Source: Phyllosticta citribraziliensis (lineage: Eukaryota). From it: a stretch of 64,000 bases of DNA. The stretch covers positions 2,170,001 through 2,234,000 of the forward strand of contig NW_027117342.1 in assembly GCF_038025025.1 (NCBI RefSeq), in the 5' to 3' direction. Shown here in pieces: positions 25,775-37,302 of this stretch; the first letter of the stretch is position 1; every line of letters begins with the position of its first letter. The notes beneath the pieces are model-generated. The model did not search any database and was not told where the DNA came from. It was given only the letters and a program-made list of their open reading frames with translations. The position numbers and the translations under genes were made by a program.

Positions 25775-25838
25775 GTGATGTTTAGGTGATGTTTTGGTGA
25801 TGTTTAGGTGATGTTCTGGTGATGTTTTGATGATGTTG
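25775..25838. repeat. 11-bp tandem repeat (GTGATGTTYWG), about 6 copies
   Basis: gtgatgtttag gtgatgttttg gtgatgtttag gtgatgttctg gtgatgttttg atgatgttg. Confidence 0.9.
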
Positions 25839-28110
25839 GTGGCATAGGGGCCTTTTTGCCCCCGTCCCAGCAGAAAGCCTCGACCGATTCCCCGATGGAA
25901 AGATGGATCGAACAGGGGGCGCAGCAGAAAATGGCACGCAGAGAAACGCTTCCCATGTTGCAAAGCGAGCAAGCCACAGGAAGGCGACGTGCAGTGTGCT
26001 GCCCTACGGAGGGGAGGGGGCGTTGATCGACAGCCACGCGCATCCGCCGGGTGGATACAGGAGCAAAAGGGCAGCCAATCAGCTTTGGGATCCAGAGACA
26101 AAATGACGTTTTGGAGAAACCGGCGGACAAGCGAGAGGAAGCAAAAAAATCCTGGTGGGTGTTCATCGCATCGATGGGAAAGAAAGCAGATCAGCGTGTT
26201 CGCCAGCCAGCGCGTCAAAGGGCGACAGCTGCGAATCGGTTGCCCGGTGGGTGACATGACTACCTTCCCTGAGCGCAGACATGTCGGATCATGGTAGCTG
26301 GCTGTGAGTGCCTGGACTTGCTGGCTGAACCACCACCGCAACTCATGCTGCGCCTGGTGTACCTACTTAAGCGACCAAGGGCGCGCCGCGGCAACGAAGA
26401 TGGCGGGTTGGTAGGCTCCAGGACGTTATGCGATGGCGACGTCGTGGTGGATGGGGGAAGGGGAAGAAAAACAGGGCATCCCACATCAGGTACCTACACT
26501 ACAGTACCTGACCGAAGGCACCGACGCATCGACGATGGCAGCAGCAAAACACGTCGTCGTCGTCGCCCCCTCGGCGACCAGCGACGAGTCGCGATAGGTG
26601 GGGGACGGGGACGGGGACTTCGGGTTCGGGTGTCAGTCAAGGGGGGAAAAAACGTCAAAGGCGTAGAAAAAGCGAAGCGAGAAGCGGAACCAACAGCAAC
26701 AATGATCAGCGCAGCGCGCACCGCCACACGTTCCCCAGATCTCCGATGGCCGAGGGATGACTGGGACGCTCGTGGCCACTTGACGCAGCCGGCGTGCTCG
26801 CGCCTAGCGGCCAGCTCTTTTTGTTTTGTGCCCGATCGCGCCGCGCGCCTGCGATCCGTGTTGCGCGTCAACCGTCCATCGACGATGGCCGTGGCCGCCC
26901 CGCCCCGGGCTTGCTCGCCCACTTGCTTGTCCAGTTGTTCAGAAATGCCATGGCATGGATGCCATCAGATGCCATCATGCCCATGATCCATTGCTATGTG
27001 GCTATCAAACATGTTGTGTTACCCTCGCACCACCCCTCCCCCCCCTCCTGCTGTTGCCCCGCGCCGCGCCCTGCCTGCGGTGCCTGCCTGCCCGGCGGCC
27101 GCACGCCTCCTCCCTGTGCCTGCCTTGGTCTTTGGTGTGCATGGTTTCTTGCTTGCTTGCCTGCTTGCTCGCTACCTACATGGTACCTAGCCCTGCTGTG
27201 GCTCCCGTCCGTTTGCGCCTCACGACGGGACCGGGGGACGTCACGGCGCCCCGGCAGAGAGCCTGTTTACGCTACCGTATTGCCTTTCTTGGCCACGCGT
27301 CTCGCGGCCTTGTTTTGGCGCGAGAGAACGGCCGAACGCAGAGCCTTCTGACCATGCAGAGACAGGTGGGTGGTCAATATCGCGATACGGTGAAGAGCTG
27401 CAACCGTGCGCGTTGGAAAAAGATGATGCACATGCGAGGACACGGCGAGCACGACGAAGGCGACCAGTTCTTTTCGTTGTTGCTTGGTTTCATATTGATT
27501 GCGATTGTCTTGCCAAAACGCGATAGCGTGCTCAAAATGCTCCCCCTTGTGTTTTTTGGGGAGTGAGCGAGCCCTTCCTTCCCCCTCCCCCCTTCCTAAA
27601 CTAAAAAACTCCAAACCGTGGGTATCGTTTTCGTTACATTGCTTGCCGACCGTTGCTTTGCAGCACGTGGTGGTTGTTCCCGACCAGCGGTAGCTCCGTG
27701 CGTATCGTGACATTTCCCACCCACCCCTCCCTTTTCCCCCCCCGAAACTTCCTCGACGCAGGCTGCTCAGGCGCAGCGCACATGGGGCGCCTTGCGTCAA
27801 ACCCCACCAAATAACAGACCCTGTTTCAGTCTGATGTGCTTTCCCCATAGGATAGAAATAACGCGAGCGTTTTGTTTCCCTGAAAGTTTCCACAGAAGGC
27901 CTGGGAGCGTGTGGAGCTGTTGTTGCTTTGGTTGACGTGCTCGATGTGGTGATCATCAGGAGCAGTGTGGAGCCGTGGTGGCTGTGTTGCTGTCGTGTTC
28001 TTCGTTTGCTGAAGGGCCAGGAATATGGCCTCTTTAACGGATATGGTTGTTGGATATGATTGGGCATTCGGCGTCATACGGAGTCAAAGCCGAAGCTGGC
28101 GTGTGGGCGT

Positions 28111-28683
28111 TCAGCCATGTTGGTAGCCCACCATGTCGGCACAGCGAGTGCAGTAGTAGGAGTTCATTCCCCAGCCGACCATGTCCTTGGAGCCTTGGCT
28201 TCCGCTGCGGTGGCAGCGCGAGCAACGGACAAAATGGAGCACCGGAGGAGTGGCGGACGAGACTGAGCCGCGGGCCGAAGAGGAAGAGGACGAGGTGGCA
28301 GAGGAGGAGGAGGAGGAGGAGCAGGAGGAGGAAGTGCGGGTGTCGATTGGGCTCAGGTCCAAGACGTCCTGGACGGGTTGGGGCTGCGGGCGGTAGGCGG
28401 CAGCGGTTTGCAGTTGCAGGACCTTGGACGAGGAGTCGAGGGTCGACATGATGTTGCTGTTGTTGTTGAAGCAGACGGGAGGGGGGTGTCTGGCAGCCAG
28501 CAGAGGGTTCGAAGGCTCCGAGGGCGTGTGCGGAGAGAGGATTTCGTAGTTTGGGCCGGGAGAGGGAGTCTCGGACGAGTAGTGGGACGAGTAGTCGGGC
28601 GAAGTTGAGGAGAGCGAGTGCGAGCGCGAGGATGGGACGTAGCTGAAGTAGCAGAGCTGGGGTGTGACGGATGACGAGGGCAT
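28111..28683 (-). CDS. Small Ser-rich protein with a C-terminal CxxC...CxxC putative zinc ribbon
   Basis: The C-terminus VRCSRCHRSGSQGSKDMVGWGMNSYYCTRCADMVGY is non-random and resembles a conserved Pezizomycotina hypothetical family (from memory). The true start may be the ATG at 28449 (AACATCATG). Confidence 0.7.
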   Translation of the reverse strand: MPSSSVTPQLCYFSYVPSSRSHSLSSTSPDYSSHYSSETPSPGPNYEILSPHTPSEPSNPLLAARHPPPVCFNNNSNIMSTLDSSSKVLQLQTAAAYRPQPQPVQDVLDLSPIDTRTSSSCSSSSSSSATSSSSSSARGSVSSATPPVLHFVRCSRCHRSGSQGSKDMVGWGMNSYYCTRCADMVGYQHG

Positions 28684-28770
28684 TCCGGTAGAGGTGGGGT
28701 GGGGTGTCAGGTCGGCCAGTTCTCATGGCCTTGGAAGGGGACGGGGACGGGGGCAGCGTGAGATATTTCT

Positions 28771-29101
28771 ACTGCACTGCACTGCACTGCACTGCGAATC
28801 GAGATCTGCCCAGATGGCCGATAATCCCGGCGCGTGTGTGGCTGACAGCTAAGGCTAAGGCGCATGCCGCGGATGGACGCTGCTCGAAACAACGAGCGCC
28901 CGAGTCTGGGCCCCTCTCTCTCTCTCTCTCGGCCACCGCTCGGTCTTCTAGAGTAATCTCGACTTTGCAATTAATCCCTCTGTGCCTCCACCACTTTCTC
29001 TCTCCTCCTCTCCCGCTGGAATCTCCACACGCCCGGTCCAGGCCATCCGTCTCCGTCTCCGTCTCCGTCTCATACCCGTACTGCACTGCACTGCACTGCA
29101 C
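28771..29101. repeat. Two (ACTGC)4-5 microsatellites plus a (CGTCTC)n tract upstream of the small CxxC gene
   Basis: (actgc)5 at 28771-28795, (ccgtct)4 at about 29047-29070, and (actgc)4 at 29080-29101. Confidence 0.85.
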
Positions 29102-30275
29102 CTTCAGGCATCCTGTGCATGGCTGGCTGCTGCGAGGCTGTCTTGGTACCTGCACGCTCTCTGCACATCCATATCAAAGCCTGTCGTGACAAGGCCCATG
29201 TTCATCTTTACTCGTGCACCCTTGCCCTGTTTCGTCCAACCTGCCTTTCCGTTGGCCTACAACCACCTTGTCGCCGCCCGTGAAACACCATGGTCAAGGA
29301 ATATCATTTAGATTTTGCGCGCGCTTGGCTTGATCATGGCGCCAATCTTGGCCGCACCCCCAAGCCACCTCTCTACACGGCACTGCCGCCTGACAAATGC
29401 CGGACGCGTTGATGCTTTGGTTGAACTGGCCACCAGCTTGGAATTGTAAGCAGCTACCAAACAATGTGCACAATCGCCGACTCGGCCACCACAAGACAAA
29501 GCTCCGCTGTTTCTCATCAAACCCCCCTTTGCAAACGTCTCTTTCAATCCGCGCCATCTCCGATTGGAGCCCTGTCCGCCGTTTGTCCGCCTCGACGCAG
29601 TAAACACAGGGCTCAGCTCCCTGCCGTGACCGGATGAATCCCTTGGAACAAGTTTCAAGTCTCCAAACAGGCACACTCTACCTTATCCACATGTCTCCCG
29701 ACCGACATGGGTGGAATGCAGGCTCCGCTTCTGGCGAGGCTCGAGCCGGAGCATGGTACAGTACAGTCTCCCTGCGTCCATGGGTGGGTACCTATTCCCA
29801 GAGTCTAGATTGTCGCTAGCTCCACGGCAAACAAAACAAACACAAGCCTTTGTTCAACTACACCCACGTGTATTGCCATGATCTCACATGCGGTTTCACC
29901 GTGTCCCTGGCGTGGTCGTCCTACCGTGATAGCCTAGGGATTGTAATGGGTTCGAGGGCGGCTTGCAGCCATCGCAAACCGCGCCGACGCGCTTTGCTTC
30001 TGACCCCCTGCTTCTGACATGCCAGTGAGTGGAGGCTGGGCTGGACTGCGCGGGACAGTGCGGGACGGCTGGGCCTGACGGGTGGCTGGTGGAGTTGGTG
30101 ATGTGCATGAGGTGATGCGGTGGTGTTGAGGTTTGCCTACGGTACGGGTCGTCTGCCTTGAGAGGTGGGTGGTCGGCCGTGCGCACGGACGCCGACGACA
30201 CCTACCGCGCCAACATCATCTCCAGGTAACTTGGTGCTGCAGCAGACCATCCTTTCCCCGCCACCCTTTCACACC

Positions 30276-32376
30276 ATGGATCTCCACGACGACCCTGCTT
30301 GGGGTGGTGAGAATCAATCCTGTCCTGTGCTCCCGTTGCCAGCTTGTCGCTGATGCGCCCCATCCAGATGTTCCCTCGAACCCCCTGCGGACCAATTCCG
30401 TCCAAGACGTGCCCCAGATCACCACCGACCAACCTGATGCCGACCAAGGTTGTCCAATCCGTACCTTGAATCCGCATGGCCCATGATTCTAATCTTGTTG
30501 AGCTACAGCCAACAGCTCCGCCGCCCACAACGAGCCGACCTCGTCCACCACCGCCTCCAAGGCTACCAGGTCGCCCGGCAGACCCAAGCCTAACCGCCGC
30601 ATAGGAGTGCCACAGCCGACGCGCCTCGAAACCGTCGACGATCCCCTCGGTCCACTCGGAGCCTCTGCAGATTCCCTCAATGACTCCCAGGCAGATGAGC
30701 CCCCGGTGCCTCCCCAGAAGGAGCTCGCTGCGGGGCGGGGCTCTCGTCCAGCCACGGCAACATCACAGGGTTCGCTTCGGAGTATGATGGACTCGGTCAA
30801 TCTGGGCGACGAGACCGATGCTAGCTCGCTAGGAGCTAGGATTCCTCCGCCAGTGCAGCCTGCGAGCAACAATGGCCCTCCTCGTCAGCATCAACCCAGC
30901 GTTAGCGTCGAACAGGCAGCCAAGCCGACCTTCAACATCAGCGTCGGCGACCCGCACAAGGTCGGGGATCTCACGAGCTCCCACACCGAGTACGCGGTCA
31001 AGACCGTGGTACGTCCTGCTTGAACCAAGAGCATTGAAGCTTTCGCTGACCATGGCACTAGACAACGTCAAAGGCCTACCGCAACCCGGAGTTCACCGTG
31101 TCCCGCCGCTACCGCGACTTCCTGTGGCTCTACAACCAGCTCCACAACAACAACCCCGGAATTGTCGTACCGCCTCCACCCGAGAAGCAGGCTGTCGGAC
31201 GCTTCGATGCTGACTTTGTCGAATCGAGGCGACAAGCCCTCGAGCGCATGCTGAACAAGTGTGCTGCGCATCCAATCCTACAGCACGACGGTGACCTCAA
31301 GCTGTTTTTGGAAAGCGAGGCATTCAACGTGGACATTAAGCACAAGGAACGGAAAGATCCACTGCTCACGGAGAACAAAGGCATGCTTGGATCCCTCGGA
31401 CTTTCCGTCAACACTGCCGGAAAATTCATTGAGCACGATGACGTGAGTTGCTCGTCACCCTTCGCTCAAAACTCGTACTAATCGGGTCATCAGTGGTTCC
31501 ACGACAGGAAGGTGTATCTTGATGCGTTGGAAACCCAGCTGAAGGGCCTGCTGAAAGCGACTGACACCGTTGTCGAGCAACGGAAGAGTCTCGCTGCGGC
31601 CTGCGGGGATTTTTCGGCCTCTCTCCATTCCCTGGCGTCGGTCGAGCTCTCCCCGTCCCTCTCGGAGCCGCTCGACGGTCTCTCGGAACTTCAGCTTCGG
31701 ATCCGCGAACTCTACGATCGACAAGCCCAGCAAGATGTCCTCACACTGGGCATCGTCATTGACGAGTACATCAGATTAGTAGGCTCGGTCAAGATGGCCT
31801 TCCAGCAGCGTCAGAAATCCTACCATGCATGGCACGTGGCCGAGTCGGAGCTCCAGAAACGGAGAGCGACGCAGGAGAAGCTTCTGAGGCAAGGCAGGAG
31901 CCAGCAAGACCGGCTGAACCAACTGAGCGCCGACGTGGCCGACGCTGAGCGGAAGAGCAACCAGGCGCGGTTGCTTTTCGAGGACATGGGAAGGCTGATG
32001 CGCAACGAATTGGAGAGGTTCGAAAGGGAGAAGGTCGAGGACTTCAAGAGCGGGGTCGAGACGTATTTGGAGAGTGCGGTGGAGGCACAAAAGGAGGTGA
32101 GTTGACTGGTCCTCTCAGGTATTTGGAGACATGGCAATGGCTAACTTGATTCCAAAGCTCATCGAGATCTGGGAAACCTATCTCATGCAGCTCGACGCCG
32201 AGGAAGAAGGAGCCCCCTTTGGCGCAACCAGCCCTCCGGCGGGCATCAAAGCCACGGACTTCCCGGGCGGCGAGCAGCACAGTGACAGTAGGCCGACGAC
32301 GGCGCAAAGCGAGGATACCCATCATCATCATGAGGAGGCGGACGACAGGCCGGTCTCGGCGGGCTCAAGCCAGTAA
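30276..32376 (+). CDS. VPS5: Retromer sorting nexin Vps5 (PX + BAR)
   Basis: PX domain (ISVGDPHKVGDLTSSHTEY, VSRRYRDFLWLY, PPPPEKQAVGRF, FVESRRQALE) followed by a BAR domain. Introns at 30307-30367, 30449 (or 30461)-30508, 31009-31061, 31443-31493 and 32097-32157. Confidence 0.93.
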
Positions 32377-32912
32377 TCTGGGGGTTTTGGGTGTGAGGGT
32401 GCAGGTCAAGTCAGGTCAACATGTCGTTGGGGATAATGGTGGCAAGCCGTAACGTATACTTTTTAGTCCTACGTGTATGTGTATGAAGATGACGATGTGG
32501 TGTCGCTCCGGGGGTGGAAGAGGAAAAATGACAATCCATACGAAAGCATTCATCAAGACTGGTCAGCAGCTGCATGGTTACGGCTTTGTTTGGAACAGGG
32601 CGTTGGTTGTATGATCAATGAATGGGACAAGGCTCTCTCTCTATCTCTTTTCGCTCTCATTCTCTCAGCGACTTCTCGCGGCAGGCTGAGGCTGAGGGTT
32701 GGAAACGGTGGTACGCCGAAAAGCACGACGACGACGACGACGACAACAACAGCAACAGGCAGGTCGCTTCGTAGGCTATGTAGCTAGCTCATGAGAAGAA
32801 CCACATCTCTTCTCCCTCTATGAAAATGCCTTCGGTTCGTTTTGGCTGCTCCTCACAATGCTAATTTGCCGTTTCCTTCTCTGCCACACAAGGAAAAGAG
32901 CAGACGCGGACT

Positions 32913-33033
32913 TGACTCATTCACCCATCCGTTTCTTCTTTGCATCCGTCACCACGGTCTCGTCCACCCAGGCTGACGACGGTGCCTGATTGACAAAGCA
33001 TTCGTCCTCGCCGTACGTAGATTGGGTGAGTCA
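32913..33033. promoter_or_regulatory. Two Gcn4/CpcA/AP-1-type sites (TGACTCA, TGAGTCA)
   Basis: TGACTCA at 32913-32919 and TGAGTCA at 33027-33033, in the gap between convergent VPS5 and NNF1. Confidence 0.3.
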
Positions 33034-35213
33034 GTCATGAGCGAAGCCCGCGCGTGCATCTAGCCAACCAAGGAGCGGCCCGGAGACGGAAACACCGAGA
33101 CCGAAGCCCGACGACGACGACGACGACGACGACGACAGGTAGCAGGAAACGAACACAAGACGAAAAAGCCAGTTCCGACTGGTTGACAGTCAGCGGAGAA
33201 CGGGGGGGCAGTGCCGCTGGCGCTAGGCGCCATCCAGTGCTGCGTAAGCGACAAGGGCACGACAGGGGCAGCATCGCGGGCGGCGTTTGGCATGCATGGA
33301 CTTTGGCGGACTTTGGCACTTCCTCGGTCGCAAGGACACGGAGTGCTGCCGTGATTTCGTGGTAAGCTACATAGCTTGTGTAGCGGCGGCCGCACGCAAG
33401 CAGACACCGTAGTTGAGGTACGACTACTAGCACTGGCACTGGTACTGGCACACACAGACAAGCGACGTCGACGTTGCATACGGCGAAGGAGTTACGATAG
33501 ATGCCTGGGTAAAGGAGGAATGCCACCCTGCCGCGCCGTGGCTTGTGCCGTACCTCCTCTTCTCCTAGCTACACACCTAGGCACCTGTCTATTTACTGCC
33601 AGGAGTACTTGTTATCTCTGTGGCTGCGTTGGCGTGGAGGCTGTACCTGGAGATTGAGAAGAAGGGAAAATCGCTCACATCCAAACGCTCGCTCGCGGTT
33701 GCTGCCTCTCGCCGTACGAACGAGCTGTGGTACAGGTACGGTAGTAGTAAGGTACCTACCTACCATACGAGCACCATTCCATCTACCTACGAACCAACCC
33801 GGGCTAGCGTCATCGAGATCGGCCCGCCCGGCCGCTCGACCATCTTACCCAGCCAGGCTAGGCTAAGATACTCTCATGCTCTGTGGTGCGTGGGCAAGAG
33901 GCCGGCATATCCGAAGGATTGCGGACGGACTTGACGGGACCCCCGTCGGCGTTGTCGCTGTCGTCCGCCCCGACCGTTCCATAGCCGTCCGTCGGTGGAA
34001 GGGCCGCCGTGACTCCTACCAATCCTCCCAACTCCTACACGCCATGGCCGAGGAGGAGACGCGCCATGCTCCCGCTAGCTTTCGTCGTCCCCCTTTGAGC
34101 ACATTCCGAGGCTGCAGCGTTGCTTGACGTGGCGCGATGGCCTCGACGGCGCCTTCGAGACGGGCCTCGGATGCTCGGCAGTAAGGCTGGGCTGGCGGTT
34201 GTCTCTCTGCCCCTTGATGTACTGGTGTTGTCGTGGCATCAGGGGGATAGTTGGATGGGTTGATGAGGGCCGCGACTAGGCGCGGCCGAGGCTGGAAGAG
34301 CGAGCGAGCGAGCGATAACGGCCTTTGCAATCATTTCGAGTAGCTGGGAGCAATGCGGTTTGGACAAGTCTGCTCGTGGGTTGACGTAAAATACGGCCAG
34401 TGAAAGAATTCAGGCGACATTCGGAAAGTTCAATGTTGGTTTGAGAGCTGGTCTTCAACATGTGTCCGAACACCAGGATTGCTGCTTTCACACTGGAAAA
34501 TCCTTTTCAACGGGGAGAAAAGATTCAAGGTTGAATTTGGAAAATCTCGGAGCCCGAAATCGTGATGTAGGTCAATTTATAAGGTTTCTGGGCGGCCAAG
34601 CGCTTGACCTTGAGCAAGTTCCCCGACTTGAGATATCAGAGCCAAGCAATGCGCTGGATCGGAGCGCAACGAACACTGCGGCAGTGAAAGTTTCCTTTGA
34701 ATATTGAACTTGATCGAGATGTGCCATTAGCAACTATCGTGGCGTTGAAATTCGGCCAGCTTTTGGGTTCATGGAGCCGCGAAACACTCGAGCACCGTCC
34801 AGGTTTTCAACTTGCGATATCTGAGCACTTGGTCTTCGGAGCCGACCAATTGGGCAATTCATGCGGTGTTCAAATCATGAACAGACTTGCCATCCGCGCA
34901 TGACCAGACTTGCGAGAAAGAATGTCACTGCCGTGTCGAAAACCCGGCGGGAGGCCAGTCGGGTCATAACTCGTTCAAACTTGTTGTCCTGAGACCGCTG
35001 GACTAGGAGTCGAGCTGATGGACAGCTAGCGAGCGACATTTCAACCAGTTCATGTTTGCCCTTGCAATGATGGAACAGCATGAGCGTCGAAAGTAGCTGG
35101 AAGGGTCCTGGATCCCGGTCGTGGCGTCGCAAAAGCCGGTATTCTTAATGTGCCGTCTGAAGCGTCCGTGGTATTGCACCTTCGATTGTCGTCGACAAAA
35201 TCTGCGTGTCGCT

Positions 35214-36035
35214 TCATCGAGAGAGTTCCGAATCGATTTCGAGGACCTCCGTGGTCAAGTTCTGCACCTCCTCGGCCGACAACATGTCGACGGTACCCTG
35301 CAAGTCCGCTACGATACGCTCGAGGCCGGACGTAAGAGCCTCGAGTTCGGCTCTTTGCGCCAGAACGTCGGACAGCAAAGCCTTGTTGTCTTGCTGCATG
35401 GTCGCAAGCTGGGTTGTCAAAGACGTGGTCTGGGCGGCGAGAAAGGGCTGAAGGTGTGCCAGGATCAAAGTTTGAGCAGGCAGTGTGTGGGGCCTATGCA
35501 TGTTTGTCAATCAATGGAGTGTGGCGCGATGAGCTCCGACCCTTACGGTGTTGGGGGTTCGACGGGTGCCCCGTTTGCGTCGGCCTCGGCACGTTGTTTG
35601 CGCTTCTTTGCATCGTCGACGAGGGTGTCTAGGGAATTCAGGGAATAAACAACATTCCTCGAGGCCAGGATGTGGTCAAAGTTGGACTAGCGAGCAGAAG
35701 GTTAGCGGGAGCGGCGCAGGATAAACAACGGAAATGAAGACGAGGCTGTGGCACTGCCGACTCACCGAAGCAGCACTGGCGATCTTGGAGGTGAAGTCTC
35801 GATGAAGAGCGTCCAAGGCCTCGGGAACGTACTGAGCGGGCGTTGGGAAACACGAGGCGAAGTTGGAGTATGAGCAACGATCCAGGGTAGCTTGGACAGC
35901 CTTGGAGAAGACTTGTTGCAGGTGTCGGGCGCGTTTACCAGGCGTTTGGGCGACGGGAGGAGCCGGTGGCGGAGAGGGCGAAGGCGAGAGGGCAGACGGA
36001 TCGCCGGTGGGATTACCGTTGAGGGCAGCAGGCAT
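35214..36035 (-). CDS. NNF1: Kinetochore MIND/Mis12 complex subunit Nnf1
   Basis: Exons 36035-35766, 35686-35547, 35493-35214. PGKRARHLQQVFSKAVQATL, NFASCFPTPA, FDHILASRNVVYSLNSLDTLVDDAKKRK and PHTLPAQTL followed by a coiled coil match the fungal Nnf1 layout. Confidence 0.85.
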
Positions 36036-37302
36036 GGCGGAAAAGTTGGAGCTGGAGGTGAAGACAATTAGAGAGAGTACGATGTCGATGTTTTGGTGTT
36101 TTGAGGCTGTCGGCCGGGAAGCTAGCTCAGCCCTGCGCGCACAGATGCCGGCCGGCATTGGTTTTCTGCCGCGGCATTGGCTTGGCGCGTCTCTCTCGCG
36201 TCAGGCGGCCTGGCGGAACCCTGACCCTGACCTCAACTCCACCGCCGTCTCTCCCATCAACCCCAGGGCCAACTGTGTAGACATCACCTCCTCTCCCGGG
36301 CTTCATCGTTCGACTCGAGCCTTCTCAGCCCGACGTCCAACATGTCTGCCTCCCAGCACTGCCCCCTTTCCCTTGTCTGCCGATTTCCGTAGGCGAGCCT
36401 TGTTCGTATCGGGTGGCTATGGCTGTAGGTCCGGGGGCCGAAGATCAATTCAGCTCCAAACGGGGAAAATTCTAAAGCGTTAGCCCCAAGGGTCCTTGCT
36501 TTTTCTGTTGGTCTTGGACCTATATATTGTCGTGACGCGCCGCCATGTAGGTAGCAGATCAACTAACTCGCCGTCAAAATGGACTCGTTCAGTGAGAAGA
36601 TGCCCATGGTCACTGTCGGTATACACCAAAGCTCCAGCATTACATTTACTGATCGACGACGTTAGATCCAAGTCTCGCCAGCACCGCTGTCTGAAAACAA
36701 CATGGCCATATACGTGCCGACGACAGTATCGGAAAAGCGCCTCAAGGTGCCTCTGTCACTCGTGATTCCCCAAACGCTGCAACCGCCTCGAAGGATTCCT
36801 ATCATGGACGAGGAAGCCCAAGTGGAGATGCTCGACGAGTACAGAGGCTCCCTTCAATGGGTCACAGCCGTGCTCCTCGTCGTAGGCATTTGCGTCTTTG
36901 GCTGGTTCATCCGAATTGTCCTGCTTGCAGCTGCACCGCCAGTGAAGCTGCATGCTGGCATAATTGCACCTTGAGCAGCGTGATGAATCACGAGACTGCT
37001 CTGCCCAGGTCCGTCCGTCCAGTTTGCCCGGCGCGTACCTACCCGCCGCCGCCGTGTTGCGAGAAGGACGGCCTCTTGCAGGCGCACATGGCGCTAGTCG
37101 CCGTTCGGTTGTGCCCTTTAAAATGCCCTCTTTCGACCCTCCACCTTCTTCTTCCCTCCCCGACATCCTCCCTCCGTCCATCTCAAGCCCCCCCCCCTCA
37201 AAGGTACGTCCACGGCACCGCCCGACCTTGCAATTCTTCGCTTCCATAGCCCTCACTGACGCCCTTAACAGCTCACCCTCGCCTTCCGGCGATCCGTCCA
37301 TC

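Noticed and set aside
25775..25838. Possible CRISPR array or box C/D snoRNA (repeated TGATG)
   Set aside because: The units are contiguous with no spacers, the context is eukaryotic, and there is no proper RUGAUGA/CUGA pair with a terminal stem.
25712..28067. Several 140-266 aa ORFs in the gap after the Zn2Cys6 gene
   Set aside because: No domain, no codon bias, and translations dominated by simple repeats. They are likely chance ORFs in GC-rich intergenic DNA.
36217..36500. AACCCTGACCCTGACC as a telomerase RNA template, and GGGGAAAATTC as an RNase P/MRP motif
   Set aside because: The repeat would template TCAGGG rather than TTAGGG, and I could not find the partner conserved regions. An Infernal/Rfam scan would be decisive.
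37123..37302. ATG at 37123 as the start of the zinc-knuckle protein
   Set aside because: The clear 68-nt intron at 37204-37271 puts it out of frame once spliced, and it sits next to a TATA-like TTTAAA, probably upstream of the TSS.
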